Below, one piece after another: positions 29,518 through 39,874 of a stretch of 64,000 bases of DNA. The notes under the pieces are model-generated. The model made no database searches. It was not told the origin of the DNA and was given only the letters and a program-made list of their open reading frames with translations. Each line of letters begins with the position of its first letter. Within the stretch, counting starts at the first letter, position 1. The translations under genes were made by a program, and so were the position numbers. Source of the DNA: Patescibacteria group bacterium (lineage in GTDB: Bacteria; Patescibacteriota; Minisyncoccia; Phycocordibacterales; JBBTRF01); the NCBI GenBank assembly GCA_038065315.1, contig JBBTRF010000001.1:161642-225641 (forward strand), given 5' to 3'.

Positions 29518-30506
29518 TTCAGGAATTGTGCCTTGTTTGCTAGGTGTTCGTCAAATGTCCGGCCGTAGTGCATGACACCTTTTTTGTCTGTGAGGAAATA
29601 TAAATATGGTGTGGAAATCGGCGAGATGGTAGCGGAAATAGAGTCAAGACCAGGGTTGGTGATCGGGGTCGGCGGCAAGCCTTTGTGCAGATAGCTATTG
29701 TATGGCGACTCGATGGCAAGGTCGGCGGTGGTAAGCGTGTAGGTATTTTTGCCATTGATATACAAGAATGATGCATCCACTTGCAACGGCATGCCGAGTG
29801 AAAGACGTTTCCACAAAATGCCCGCAATCGTGCGTCGAGTGATCGTCGTACGACCCTCTTCCTCGACGATCGAAGCCATCTTCACCACATCCGAAAGTGG
29901 TTTGCCAAATTTGGTGATTTCTGACTGCAGAGTGGAAAGCTTCTGGTCGAATGTCTGCTGCATCAATTGCATCACCTGTTCGGGAGTGGTGCGTGCCACA
30001 AAGCGGTATGTATCCGGGAACAAGTACCCCTCAAATGGTGCGGCGATTGTCACGAAATGCTTGGCATCGAAATCGGGAAAGGTTTTCTTCATGATCTCAC
30101 CAATTTGCTTGACGCTTGAACCCTCCGGAAAAGTCACCTCCTTGTATTCAACTCCGAATTCACCTTTCGCGATGCGCTTCAAGAGCTCAATAGAAGAGAT
30201 GGGGGTTTTCACAAAATATTCTCCCGACAAGATTTGTCCCTGATTGCCCGAGATATACGCCGAGAAGGTAAAAAATGATGCAGAGCGAACCAACCCAGCC
30301 GCCTCGAGCTGCGAGGAAAGCGCGCTGAGTGACGTTCCCTTCTCCACGCTAAAAAACGACTTCACAGGAAATTCCGCCGGCGGCCGAACAAATGCCAACC
30401 ACACGACAAGCCACACAAAAAGACAGGCAACCACAGTGGCGCAGCAGGCCAGAATCAGCGCCCTAAATGGCGGCCGCGAGATCTCCAATCCTGATTCCGG
30501 TGCCAT
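29514..30506 (-). CDS. mltG: Endolytic transglycosylase MltG
   Basis: TM anchor, TFPEG, EGYLFPDTY, ASIVEEE, SPYN.Y...GLPPTPI.NPG; start 30506 or 30524. Confidence 0.93.
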   Translation of the reverse strand: MAPESGLEISRPPFRALILACCATVVACLFVWLVVWLAFVRPPAEFPVKSFFSVEKGTSLSALSSQLEAAGLVRSASFFTFSAYISGNQGQILSGEYFVKTPISSIELLKRIAKGEFGVEYKEVTFPEGSSVKQIGEIMKKTFPDFDAKHFVTIAAPFEGYLFPDTYRFVARTTPEQVMQLMQQTFDQKLSTLQSEITKFGKPLSDVVKMASIVEEEGRTTITRRTIAGILWKRLSLGMPLQVDASFLYINGKNTYTLTTADLAIESPYNSYLHKGLPPTPITNPGLDSISATISPISTPYLYFLTDKKGVMHYGRTFDEHLANKAQFLK

Positions 30507-30546
30507 ATCCGTGTAGGTATCCATTATCGCTTTGATTAGATCGGGA

Positions 30547-31809
30547 TTAGATCGGCAAATTGCTTGGGGCCTCTGATCGGCGTGACTCGATACGATCCAG
30601 AGAAGGCGTAGTCGCAGTCGCACCAGGAAGATGGAAAATGGTCGCCAAAGATTCGGTGGTCATGACAAACGACTTAGACTTCCAATGCTTGTAGGGATAG
30701 GTAAAGAACGAGCGGTGTTTGAAAGCATCCAAAAATGCCTTTTCATAATACGTACGGCGCATACGCCCAAAATCTTGCCACGGATAGTCGAAATCGGTAA
30801 AGAAGCCGAGCCCGAGATTGTTCAAATAGTTGTAATTGCCACCATACTGTCGGAAGGCGCCGATCAAGCCAGGCACGCGCACCGGCAGTTTGTTGGCTGC
30901 CTTTGTTGCAATATACATACCGCGAATAGCGGTATCGAACGGAAGCTTGTGCGCATTACGCTCAATGGCGGCGATCGCTTCAGCCTGACCCTTGGTAAGA
31001 TTTGGGAAACCGGGATATTCAGAGTCAGTCTCCGGCGTGGCTGCCTTTTTGATATTTGCAATCTCCGTCTCACACGACTTGAGCCAATCGTCCACCTTCT
31101 TCAAATGTCCTTCTTGCAATCCAAGCTTTTTGTGCGCCTGGATGAGGATCTGGAACCAGGCCTGCTCTCCAGTTTGCAACGAACCCATCCATTCGAGCAT
31201 CGAGTTTATTGGATCGATCTTGAATTCTTCCTTTTCCGAAGCCTTGTCCAAGCCAAAATCCACATAACTCTTGATCTGATACATATCCTGCGAACCGGGA
31301 GTCTTGCCCTTCTTCGAATGTTTAAAATACGTGCCCCACATCGGCATTTCTTCCGGATGAGTGAAGACCTGGTCGGTGTAGTCCGGTACCTCTTCAATCA
31401 CGATGCCGGGATAATACGCATAGAGCTGTGCCTCAATGAGATCCTTGTATTTAGTATGCGTCCAAATATAGAAATGTACCTTGCCACCGATCGAGGCGAT
31501 CTCCAGAGAGAACCAGTTGCGGATCTTGCCATTGATGTACGTATCGATCCAGCTCGCCGAACCTTTCTGCCAGATAGAAGCGAGAAAAATTTCCATTGCC
31601 AATGGCGACTTGGTAACCTCCTTCGGCAGTCGTATCTCGAGGAGCGTGCCACCCTGTTTCTCCACAAACTCACTGCGCACATAATGAAACCAGGTATAAA
31701 AGAAAATGTATCCGCAGAAAAAGGGTAGCCAGATCGGATACATCGACAAGAACGTCGAGATGCTTTGGTATAACAAACCACTAAAATCAGCGCCGAGAGC
31801 TGGGTCCAT
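30547..31809 (-). CDS. Conserved hypothetical membrane protein (CPR-type)
   Basis: N-terminal TM; LLEIRLP, FSLEI, E.QLYA.YP, LATIFHLP, APSNLP. Confidence 0.7.
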   Translation of the reverse strand: MDPALGADFSGLLYQSISTFLSMYPIWLPFFCGYIFFYTWFHYVRSEFVEKQGGTLLEIRLPKEVTKSPLAMEIFLASIWQKGSASWIDTYINGKIRNWFSLEIASIGGKVHFYIWTHTKYKDLIEAQLYAYYPGIVIEEVPDYTDQVFTHPEEMPMWGTYFKHSKKGKTPGSQDMYQIKSYVDFGLDKASEKEEFKIDPINSMLEWMGSLQTGEQAWFQILIQAHKKLGLQEGHLKKVDDWLKSCETEIANIKKAATPETDSEYPGFPNLTKGQAEAIAAIERNAHKLPFDTAIRGMYIATKAANKLPVRVPGLIGAFRQYGGNYNYLNNLGLGFFTDFDYPWQDFGRMRRTYYEKAFLDAFKHRSFFTYPYKHWKSKSFVMTTESLATIFHLPGATATTPSLDRIESRRSEAPSNLPI

Positions 31810-31824
31810 GAAGGTAATAATAAC

Positions 31825-31862
31825 AAAAAAGTGCTGTCCCACTCAAGGGACAGCACTTTTTT
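31825..31862. terminator. Bidirectional intrinsic terminator
   Basis: A6-GTGCTGTCCC-N6-GGGACAGCAC-T6. Confidence 0.85.
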
Positions 31863-31890
31863 GTTTGTGCGGCCCGTGCCGCTCCGTCTC

Positions 31891-32946
31891 TTAAGCCTTC
31901 GCTGTTGGCACCAAGCTGATGACTACCGAATACTTTCCTTCTTTGTCTTTCTTGAAATGCTTCGGGTTCTGGAGGTTCACCATGATGGTGTTTTCTTTCA
32001 CATATCGCTCTTTGAGCACCTTCTCGATAATCTCGCTCTTGCTGAGTGGACCGCTCCTCTCGATGATCTTCTTGATCACATCCTTCACGACACCACTCAT
32101 ATAACCCCATTCTGCGAGCGCGTAGAGACCGCGACCGACAAGGACGAAACGAGGATCTTTGATCAATTCATTATGGCAGGTCGCAACATGCGCCTTGATA
32201 TTGAAGATCTTCTCGATATTCTTTGCCACCTGTGTGAAGTGAATCGGCGAACCATGCTTGCGGATGACAAGGAAAGCGTAGTCACGCATGCCCTTGGTCT
32301 TGATATTTGGAGAATCAGCGAGGCCCCATTCACCGAGTGGGTTCTTAGCAACTTTCTTTGAGAGCTTGAGCCATCGTCGAACCACCTCTTCATTCTTGTG
32401 CTTTTCAGATACGTCCTTGAGGTGCTCGAGAAACTTGTTCACCATCTCTGATTCAGAAAGGAGATCGTCGTTTGAGATGCTCTTGTACAGCTTCTGGAGA
32501 GATGCTTCCACCTGCCTTGCAAGCTCTTCATTTACATGCCATCGATGATTGAAATGTTCGTCTTCTTTCTGTCGCTCAAATGTATCACCGAGCACCAACA
32601 GAAAATTGAGGTGATTCTGGAGAGAGACATCCTTTGAAATATGTGCGAGAAGATCGTCTTCCACTACAACTCCGCCGAGAGAGTGAAGTACCTGCTCAAG
32701 ATCGGCAAAAATCGCCTTCTCCTTGCCGTATGCATCAGACTTGCGAATGTTTGCGATCGCGTAGTTTTCGATCTGTCGTACACGCTCTCGAGTGATGCCG
32801 TACTTCTTGCCAATCGCTTCGAGCGTGAGACGCTTCGCTTCTTTTCCAAGACCGTATCGAGCGGTGATCACTTCCTGAGCACGGTCAGGCAAAACGGCGA
32901 TCAGCCGCTTGGTTACTTGTTTTGGTTTGAAGCTAATAGTGCTCAT
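31891..32946 (-). CDS. Sigma70 region-4 HTH plus winged-helix (RNAP delta/HARE-HTH-like) protein
   Basis: RYGLG....TLEAIG..YGITRERVRQIE; PIHFT, HNELI.D.RFVLVGRGLYAL. Confidence 0.8.
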   Translation of the reverse strand: MSTISFKPKQVTKRLIAVLPDRAQEVITARYGLGKEAKRLTLEAIGKKYGITRERVRQIENYAIANIRKSDAYGKEKAIFADLEQVLHSLGGVVVEDDLLAHISKDVSLQNHLNFLLVLGDTFERQKEDEHFNHRWHVNEELARQVEASLQKLYKSISNDDLLSESEMVNKFLEHLKDVSEKHKNEEVVRRWLKLSKKVAKNPLGEWGLADSPNIKTKGMRDYAFLVIRKHGSPIHFTQVAKNIEKIFNIKAHVATCHNELIKDPRFVLVGRGLYALAEWGYMSGVVKDVIKKIIERSGPLSKSEIIEKVLKERYVKENTIMVNLQNPKHFKKDKEGKYSVVISLVPTAKA

Positions 32947-33090
32947 GTGTCGTAATATTGATTAACCTAAATTATCATTGATAGTCATAATAGTCAAGCT
33001 TTGTCAAAAAGTCAAGTGTGGAGCGGATTTTCACCCATTTTGCCCTTCCTCATGGGTATTATTACACCACACCACCACTCTTCTCCTACG

Positions 33091-36000
33091 CTACTCTTCC
33101 GCGACTACGACATTCACCAACTTCCCTTTCACCACGATCACCTTCACAATCTTTTTGCCCTCAATCCACCTCTTCACTTCCGGCAAGGCGAGTGCGGTCT
33201 TCTCGAGATCTGCATCAGAAGCCCCTGCCGGTGCGGCAAATTCTGCGCGAATCTTGCCGTTCACCTGCACGCCAATCTTGCGGCCAGCCTCTTGGATTTT
33301 TGCCTCATCACAGACCGGCCACGACGCGAGATGGATGCTGGTCTTATTGCCGAGCTTCGTCCACAGCTCTTCGGTCATGTGCGGTGCAAATGGCGCGAGC
33401 AGTTTTAGCAATGTCTCGTATTGCTCACGAGAAACACTCGCCTGCTCATCCATCGCGTTGAGCAACACCATCAAGGTACTCACCGCGGTGTTGAATTTCA
33501 TCTCCGAAATATCGGAAGTCACCTTTTTCACGCTTTTATGCATCAAAGATTCGATCTCGACTGACACATTCGCATCGCCACCAATAGCCGGCGCATTTTG
33601 TACCTTCCCTGCGAGCTTCCAGATGCGTTCCAGGAAGCGACGCGAGCCGATCATGCTGTTGGTATTCCAAGCGATCTGCTGGTCGAATGGTCCCATGAAC
33701 ATTTCGTACACACGCAGAGTGTCCGCGCCATAGGTAGCGATAATCTCATCAGGGTTCACGACATTACCCCAGCGCTTCGACATCTTGCGTCCATCTTCGG
33801 CCATGATGAGGCCGACGTGCTGCAGCTTTTTGAACGGCTCGGTGGTCGAGACCACCCCAATGTCATACAGAAACTTGTGCCAGAAGCGCGCGTAGATAAG
33901 GTGGCGCGTTGCATGCTCGGCCCCGCCGACATACAGGTCTACAGGCGCCCAATATTGCTCCTTGCGCGGATCCACGAGCGCTTTTTTGTTCTGCGCATCC
34001 ATGTATCGCAAGTAATACCAACTCGAACCTGCCCATTGAGGCATGGTGTTGGTTTCGCGCTTGGCCTTACCACGACACTTCGGACACTTCGTGTTTACCC
34101 ACTTCTCAATCGCCGCCAAAGGCGACTCACCAGTGCCAGTCGGCTCGTATGACTTCACTTTTGGAAGCTTCACAGGCAGTTCCTTTTCAGGTACAGGCAC
34201 GACTCCACACTTCTCACAATGCACCACAGGGATCGGCTCTCCCCAATATCGCTGACGTGAGAACACCCAGTCGCGGAGACGGAAGGTCGTCTTCTTCTTG
34301 GCGAGATTTTTTGACTCAAGATGAGCAATGATTTCCTTTCGGACACTTCGCGCATTCTCGTCGGCGAATTCCTTTGGCTCAGTCAACACACCAGCCTGAG
34401 CATCAGCAAAGCACACCTCCTGCGCTCGCACTTTCTCAGCCAGAGCAGCATCTTTTGGATACAAAACGGTCTTCAGTTTGATGCCGTACTTTTTTGCAAA
34501 AACAAAGTCGCGGTCGTCATGAGCCGAACACTTCACGATACCAGTTCCGTAGTCGGCCAAAGCAAAGCTCGCCACCCAGATAGGTAGGTCACCGTTGCCG
34601 AGTGGGTCGACAATATATCGGCCCGTGAAAATTCCCTCGGATTCCTTCTCTTCAGCAAATCCCTGCTGAGCACGTTTTGCGACGAGTGCTGCGCAAAAAT
34701 CCAAAACTTTCTGCTTGTCTTTTGTTCCTTCAAGCAACGTCTGCAAGAATGGATGATCTGGCGCAATAACAACAAATGTATCGGCGTAGCAGGCTTCAAA
34801 GTGAGCTGAGAAGGTCTGGATAGTGAGATTCGTATCTTTGACCGGTGCAGTGAAAATCATGCCGTCGCTCTTTCCAATCCAATTTCGTTGGAGCTCTTTG
34901 ATAGAAGTCGGCCAATCGAGTGCGGGCTTTGCGATATTTTTTTCTTTGCCAGTGAATACATCCCACAAATAATTCATGTCTGGACGATTCAAAAAGCCGG
35001 CGACTTCCGCGCACGACAACCACACCACTTCATGCAAAGCTTTTTCTTGCTCGTCGATTTCTTTCCAGGCATCATCGGTGAGCTCGAGGTATACGCCGGT
35101 GAAATGCGCGAAGCGATTCACCTTTTTGATCGCTTGATAAAACTGCGAGTCGAGCTTGGCGAATTCGCGAACAAAGCGAACATTCTGATATCCGGTCTCT
35201 TCTTGTACTTCGCGCACCGCTGCTTCGGCGAGCTGTTCGTTCTTCTCGACACCACCCACCACGAGGCCGTGCCAGTCATTGCTCTTCCAACGGAGACAGA
35301 GAAACTTATCTTCGGACCAATGCTTCACCACACAAACTACAGCATCGCGCTCTTCGAGTGGCATATCCGCACGCACCGCATCGGGACCCGTATCGCGGAT
35401 CATGAGCGGCACCGCGCGCTCTGTCGCATCCAAATCCGCGAGCAATCGCTCCGCGTAATCCGTGATCTTCAACACCCACTGACGAATCGGCTTTTTCTCG
35501 ACGACACTGCCGCAGCGCTCGCACTTGCCGTCCTCGAGATCTTCGTTGGCCAAGCCGGTCTTGCAGGATGGACACCAGTTGATCGGCTCATGCGACTGAT
35601 ACGCGAGACCCTTCTCAAGTAATTTCAAAAAGATCCACTGTGTCCATTTGTAGTAGGCAGGGTCGGTGGTGTTGATCTCGCGGGACCAATCGTAGTCGAA
35701 GCCAAACATCTCGAGCTGCTCTTTGTAGCGCTGCACATTTTTCTCCACGGCGATAGCCGGGTTCGTCTTCATTTTGATCGCGTAGTTCTCCGCGGGCAAT
35801 CCAAAAGCATCGAAACCCATCGGATGCAACACCGAATGACCTTGCATACGCTTCATACGCGACACGACGTCGGTAGCGATGTAGCCCTTTGGATGACCCA
35901 CATGGAGACCTTCGCCCGACGGATACGGGAACATATCGAGGGCGTAGAATTTCTTCGCAGCGGCGGTACCGTTCGCAACCACGCCTTTCTTGGCTTGCGA

Positions 36001-36099
36001 CTCCTTGGTCGCGTAGATTTTTTTCTTCGCCCACTGCTTCTGCCACTTCGGCTCGATGGCGAGATGGTCGTACGGCGGCAGCAATTTCTGCGGTTTCAT
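33091..36099 (-). CDS. leuS: Leucine--tRNA ligase with a NUDIX insertion
   Basis: MFPYPSG.GLHVGH, DWVFSRQRYWG, GGAEHA, KMSKR; Nudix box GGVEKNEQLAEAAVREVQEETG. Confidence 0.97.
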   Translation of the reverse strand: MKPQKLLPPYDHLAIEPKWQKQWAKKKIYATKESQAKKGVVANGTAAAKKFYALDMFPYPSGEGLHVGHPKGYIATDVVSRMKRMQGHSVLHPMGFDAFGLPAENYAIKMKTNPAIAVEKNVQRYKEQLEMFGFDYDWSREINTTDPAYYKWTQWIFLKLLEKGLAYQSHEPINWCPSCKTGLANEDLEDGKCERCGSVVEKKPIRQWVLKITDYAERLLADLDATERAVPLMIRDTGPDAVRADMPLEERDAVVCVVKHWSEDKFLCLRWKSNDWHGLVVGGVEKNEQLAEAAVREVQEETGYQNVRFVREFAKLDSQFYQAIKKVNRFAHFTGVYLELTDDAWKEIDEQEKALHEVVWLSCAEVAGFLNRPDMNYLWDVFTGKEKNIAKPALDWPTSIKELQRNWIGKSDGMIFTAPVKDTNLTIQTFSAHFEACYADTFVVIAPDHPFLQTLLEGTKDKQKVLDFCAALVAKRAQQGFAEEKESEGIFTGRYIVDPLGNGDLPIWVASFALADYGTGIVKCSAHDDRDFVFAKKYGIKLKTVLYPKDAALAEKVRAQEVCFADAQAGVLTEPKEFADENARSVRKEIIAHLESKNLAKKKTTFRLRDWVFSRQRYWGEPIPVVHCEKCGVVPVPEKELPVKLPKVKSYEPTGTGESPLAAIEKWVNTKCPKCRGKAKRETNTMPQWAGSSWYYLRYMDAQNKKALVDPRKEQYWAPVDLYVGGAEHATRHLIYARFWHKFLYDIGVVSTTEPFKKLQHVGLIMAEDGRKMSKRWGNVVNPDEIIATYGADTLRVYEMFMGPFDQQIAWNTNSMIGSRRFLERIWKLAGKVQNAPAIGGDANVSVEIESLMHKSVKKVTSDISEMKFNTAVSTLMVLLNAMDEQASVSREQYETLLKLLAPFAPHMTEELWTKLGNKTSIHLASWPVCDEAKIQEAGRKIGVQVNGKIRAEFAAPAGASDADLEKTALALPEVKRWIEGKKIVKVIVVKGKLVNVVVAEE

Positions 36100-36131
36100 A
36101 GGAGTAAACTATACAACAAAAGACGAAAATG

Positions 36132-36156
36132 AAAAAGCCGACAACGTGTGTCGGCT
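36132..36156 (-). terminator. Intrinsic terminator of the 36191-36505 gene
   Basis: AGCCGACA-N5-TGTCGGCT with T5 tail on the minus strand. Confidence 0.6.
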
Positions 36157-36190
36157 CGGGAAGAGTGGCAAAGAGAAGGCGGTGCAGGAA

Positions 36191-36466
36191 CTATTCTACC
36201 TGAGTCTGGTCCTGGACGCGGCGCAGAGTGTCTTTGAGACGACGTTCGTCTTCCTCTTTAGCTTTAAGCACCGGGCTGCCGTAGCAGCGCCACCAAGGGA
36301 TACCGATGGCGAGGAAGCTCGAAGCGCAGATCGCAATATGTCTGACCGCCGTATGGTCGCCGACACTGAAGCAGGCGGCGCCAAGGGCCAAGAGACCGAA
36401 CAGGAGGCCCAAGATGATGGTAACAAGCATCTGACAGAGCGAGCGGAACGAGGAGTTGGTTTTCAT
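36191..36466 (-). CDS. Small two-TM hypothetical protein
   Basis: Two hydrophobic segments; TTGACC-N17-TATACT upstream; terminator downstream; start likely MKTNSS. Confidence 0.55.
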   Translation of the reverse strand: MKTNSSFRSLCQMLVTIILGLLFGLLALGAACFSVGDHTAVRHIAICASSFLAIGIPWWRCYGSPVLKAKEEDERRLKDTLRRVQDQTQVE

Positions 36467-36649
36467 GCAGGAATCAAGGGGTTGAAGAGCAGGTTGACCG
36501 ACCAAGACCGACTAAGTTGTGCAAAAACGGACCGACGAGGAGTATACCTCAAAAGCAGCCTTAGGTCAAAGTATTCGCGGAACCGAACATTGACTTTTGA
36601 TAGTAAAAATGTTATAAATATGTTCGAACTTAGAGCTGTTTAACAACCT

Positions 36650-37558
36650 ATGAAGAAGCAACGTTTCCGTAGTGTAGCGCCGCGCCTGGTGACAGCCGCG
36701 AAGGCAGCCCGTCGTCCCAACATCTTGTGGACGACCTTGATCATCGTGTTGTTGGCCATTATTGGCTTCTTAGCATTCAACACTCATCGCAAATCGCAAC
36801 GAGGGGCGATCCACAAAAAGGCGCTCGCCCTCGGACTCTTCGGAGCCCCGCAGGAAGTAGAGGAGCGCCACGTATGGGTCAGTGAACACCCTCAGATCCC
36901 TGGAAGAAACGGGGAGATACCTGTGCACATCATGTTCCGCAAAGATAATCATGATTCATGGGAACTCACCGGCACCGGCGCAAGACTCGGCGGGAAATAC
37001 ACCAACTGGGTGCTCACCGCCTACCACGTCTTCGAGGGTCGTTCTGGTCAATACGGTTGTCGGAAAATCGGAACAAACGAGTTTACGGGCAAAGAACCCA
37101 TCTTCCCCATTCTCTCGCTCCCGCCAACACTACAGGTGGACGACTCAATCATCTGCACGATCAACCCGGATGGACTGGTCTTCCCCCACCTCACTGCAAC
37201 ACTATCAACAAACGTGTTCGGCTACGATTCCGAGGACGCGAAACGCCAATACTCCGGCGAGACATGGCCAGCGAAGATTCATTTTGGCACCTACCCGGAA
37301 AAAACTATTGAGGGCCTATTCTCAGTGAAAGTTCGTGGCAACACGCACCATGTCACAATGGACTGGGCTCCAGTCCCCGGCGAGAGCGGGACCGTAGCTA
37401 GTGTCGAACATGAAGACCACAACGCCTATCTTGTGATCATTCGTGGAGCTCCAGTGGCCGAAAGACTGCTCGAGCAGCTGAATCCGGAAAATCGGAAGCG
37501 TTTCAAATGGTCGAAGGACAAGATCTACGGAATTGGGAACTTGGTCAAGATCGAGTAG
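36650..37558 (+). CDS. Membrane-anchored trypsin-like serine protease
   Basis: TM anchor; VLTAYHV (His), VDD (Asp), PGESG (Ser); TTGACT-N17-TATAAA promoter at 36591. Confidence 0.7.
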   Translation: MKKQRFRSVAPRLVTAAKAARRPNILWTTLIIVLLAIIGFLAFNTHRKSQRGAIHKKALALGLFGAPQEVEERHVWVSEHPQIPGRNGEIPVHIMFRKDNHDSWELTGTGARLGGKYTNWVLTAYHVFEGRSGQYGCRKIGTNEFTGKEPIFPILSLPPTLQVDDSIICTINPDGLVFPHLTATLSTNVFGYDSEDAKRQYSGETWPAKIHFGTYPEKTIEGLFSVKVRGNTHHVTMDWAPVPGESGTVASVEHEDHNAYLVIIRGAPVAERLLEQLNPENRKRFKWSKDKIYGIGNLVKIE

Positions 37559-37586
37559 CCCGGACAAGCGTGTCATCTCTTAAGCA

Positions 37587-37618
37587 AGCCACAGGCAACC
37601 CCTGTGGTCTTTTTTTAT
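37587..37618 (+). terminator. Intrinsic terminator
   Basis: GCCACAGG-CAACC-CCTGTGGT plus T-tract. Confidence 0.7.
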
Positions 37619-37649
37619 TCACAAAAATGGGCTACGCGACCTGCAAGAT

Positions 37650-38762
37650 CTACGCCCCCACCTTGAATTCCAAAACATCCCCATCCACCACGACATATTC
37701 CTTCCCTTCTGTGCGGAGCAGTCCCTTCTCGCGCGCAACGGCGAAAGAACCAGCCTCAAGCAGCGTGTCCCAATGGATCACTTCGGCCTTTACAAATCGG
37801 TCCTTAAAGTCGTTGTGAATGGCGGTGCCAGCGATCGGCGCAGTTGAGCCTTTGCGAATAGTCCAAGCGCGCGTCTCTATTTCGCCCGTCGTGAAATACG
37901 TCATCAAGCCAAGGAGGTCGTAGCTAGCGCGGATAAGATTGTCGATGCCGTCATCGTTGCCGCCGAGCTCCTTGCGAAACATTTCCTTCTCCTCGCCTTT
38001 CATTTCTTTGAGCTCGTGCTCCACACCGGCGTCCACCACGACATACTGAGCTTTCTGCTCCGCGAGATGCGCGAGCAGCGACGCGAAGCGCGCATCCTTG
38101 CCGCCTTCGAGCTCGTCGAGATTCTTCCCGCCCGCCTTCTTATTCAAACAATAGAGAATCGGCTTCATTGTGAGCAGGTGCATACCCTTCGCAAAAGGCA
38201 TTTCGTCGTCTCTGAACTGCAGCGAATTGGCAAGCTTGCTCTGGTCAAGTGCCGCTTTGATCCGCTCGAGCACGGCCGCTTCAGCCACCGCCGCTTTGTC
38301 ACCACGCTTCACGTCGCGCACGAGGTTCACGAGGCGTTTCTTCACTGTCTCCTGGTCGGCCATGATGAGCTCGAGATTGATCGTCTCAATATCGCCCTTT
38401 GGATCCACCTTGCCGTGCACATGGATGATCTTGTCGTCCTCAAAAATACGGACCACTTCTAGGATGGCGTCGGTTTCCCGGATGTTGGTGAGAAATTTAT
38501 TGCCGAGACCTTCGCCTTCAGACGCACCCTTCACAAGCCCCGCAATGTCCACGAATTCCACGATGGCCGGGACGGTTTTTTGTGTCTTGGAAAAATCCGA
38601 CAGCTTCCACAGCCGTTCGTCAGGCACGGCAACCACGCCCACTGAAGGATCGATGGTGCAGAATGGATAGTTTTCCGCTGGCACGGACTTCAGCGTGAGC
38701 GCATTAAACAGCGTCGATTTGCCGACGTTTGGGAGACCGACAATTCCTATGGATAGCGACAT
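37650..38762 (-). CDS. ychF: Redox-regulated ATPase YchF
   Basis: [32 protein letters not shown] tail. Confidence 0.97.
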   Translation of the reverse strand: MSLSIGIVGLPNVGKSTLFNALTLKSVPAENYPFCTIDPSVGVVAVPDERLWKLSDFSKTQKTVPAIVEFVDIAGLVKGASEGEGLGNKFLTNIRETDAILEVVRIFEDDKIIHVHGKVDPKGDIETINLELIMADQETVKKRLVNLVRDVKRGDKAAVAEAAVLERIKAALDQSKLANSLQFRDDEMPFAKGMHLLTMKPILYCLNKKAGGKNLDELEGGKDARFASLLAHLAEQKAQYVVVDAGVEHELKEMKGEEKEMFRKELGGNDDGIDNLIRASYDLLGLMTYFTTGEIETRAWTIRKGSTAPIAGTAIHNDFKDRFVKAEVIHWDTLLEAGSFAVAREKGLLRTEGKEYVVVDGDVLEFKVGA

Positions 38763-38945
38763 GGAGTAAAATATAGCTTATTTATTGGTTTTTTGAAAGG
38801 TAATTGTCATTTTGGCAACAAAATCATGGTCAGTGTACACTTCGACATGACCTAACTCAGCCCCCTCAGAATCCTTGCTATTCCACAGGGTTTGTGTATA
38901 CTAACACTGTATCAATACGAAAAAGGACCCGAACGGTGTCAGTGC

Positions 38946-39524
38946 CTAAGGGGCCTTTTTTATTTCTCCTTCTCCGCCTTTCTCTAACTTCTGTTTTTGG
39001 TCGTAAGCGATCTTTGCCCTCACATCTGGCTCTTCCAAGTAGTCGAAAAACTCGCCGCCAAATTTCTTGTAAAGCGACGAAGCAAACTTCCTGTTTGGAA
39101 ACAACATCTTTCCGAATCGCTTTTTGCCGATAAGGTAATCGACAAGCTTGATGTAGTCGCCGTCTCCAGACACAATGAATATCTGCTTGACCGGTTCATT
39201 CTCAACCAATTGCTTCATGACGCTAAAAACAATGTCCGTGTCGACGTTGCCTTTTTTACTCCCCTTCAAAGCGGCCGAGTGCTCTCTGAACGATAAAATA
39301 AACCCGGCTTTCTGCAAGCTGTCATACAAATCTCCGACATTATCCGAAATAAATCCAAGGAAATAGTAGGCCTCGGTAATGTGATATTTTTCGAGTAAGT
39401 ATGTTCGAAAACGCTTGTGGTCTATCGACCAGCCAGTTTCTTTGGTTCCAAAGTGAAGATTCTGCCCGTCAATGAAGGCAATGTTGTGTGTATCATTTTC
39501 TGCATCCTCGATGGAATTCGGCAT
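38946..39524 (-). CDS. NYN/LabA-like PIN-fold protein
   Basis: FIDGQNL, KGNVD, SGDGDY. Confidence 0.88.
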   Translation of the reverse strand: MPNSIEDAENDTHNIAFIDGQNLHFGTKETGWSIDHKRFRTYLLEKYHITEAYYFLGFISDNVGDLYDSLQKAGFILSFREHSAALKGSKKGNVDTDIVFSVMKQLVENEPVKQIFIVSGDGDYIKLVDYLIGKKRFGKMLFPNRKFASSLYKKFGGEFFDYLEEPDVRAKIAYDQKQKLEKGGEGEIKKAP

Positions 39525-39601
39525 TGTTCTAGAATTATATCATGAGCATCTACCCCTCCGCCTCTCAACTTCCTGAAAAAGAATTTTGGGAGTGTGGCAG
39601 A

Positions 39602-39832
39602 CTACCCCTGCATCATCAACTTCTGGAGCTCCGACTGATGTACACGCATCACCTCCATCGAAGCGAGGTTCTTGTCTTTGCCCGCCTTGACCTTCGCATC
39701 CACCTCCTTTGCGATTTTTTCGAAAAAAGCAGGGTGCTTGGTGACTACGGCAATAATCTGCTCGCGCTGCGCCGCTGGCAATGCTTTGAGCTGCTTCTCC
39801 AGCATCTTCTTCATGAAAAATTCTTTGATCAT
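39602..39832 (-). CDS. Small conserved hypothetical protein
   Basis: Helical 76-aa ORF co-oriented with its neighbours. Confidence 0.65.
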   Translation of the reverse strand: MIKEFFMKKMLEKQLKALPAAQREQIIAVVTKHPAFFEKIAKEVDAKVKAGKDKNLASMEVMRVHQSELQKLMMQG

Positions 39833-39874
39833 ATGTGTTGTGGCGTTTGGCGCCGTTTGTTTCGTCGCCCCATT

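Noticed and set aside
30631-31728. 365-aa antisense ORF (similarly 24965-25840, 44003-44824, 56861-57715, 61072-62019)
   Set aside because: Each overlaps a well-supported minus-strand gene and has no recognisable protein features.
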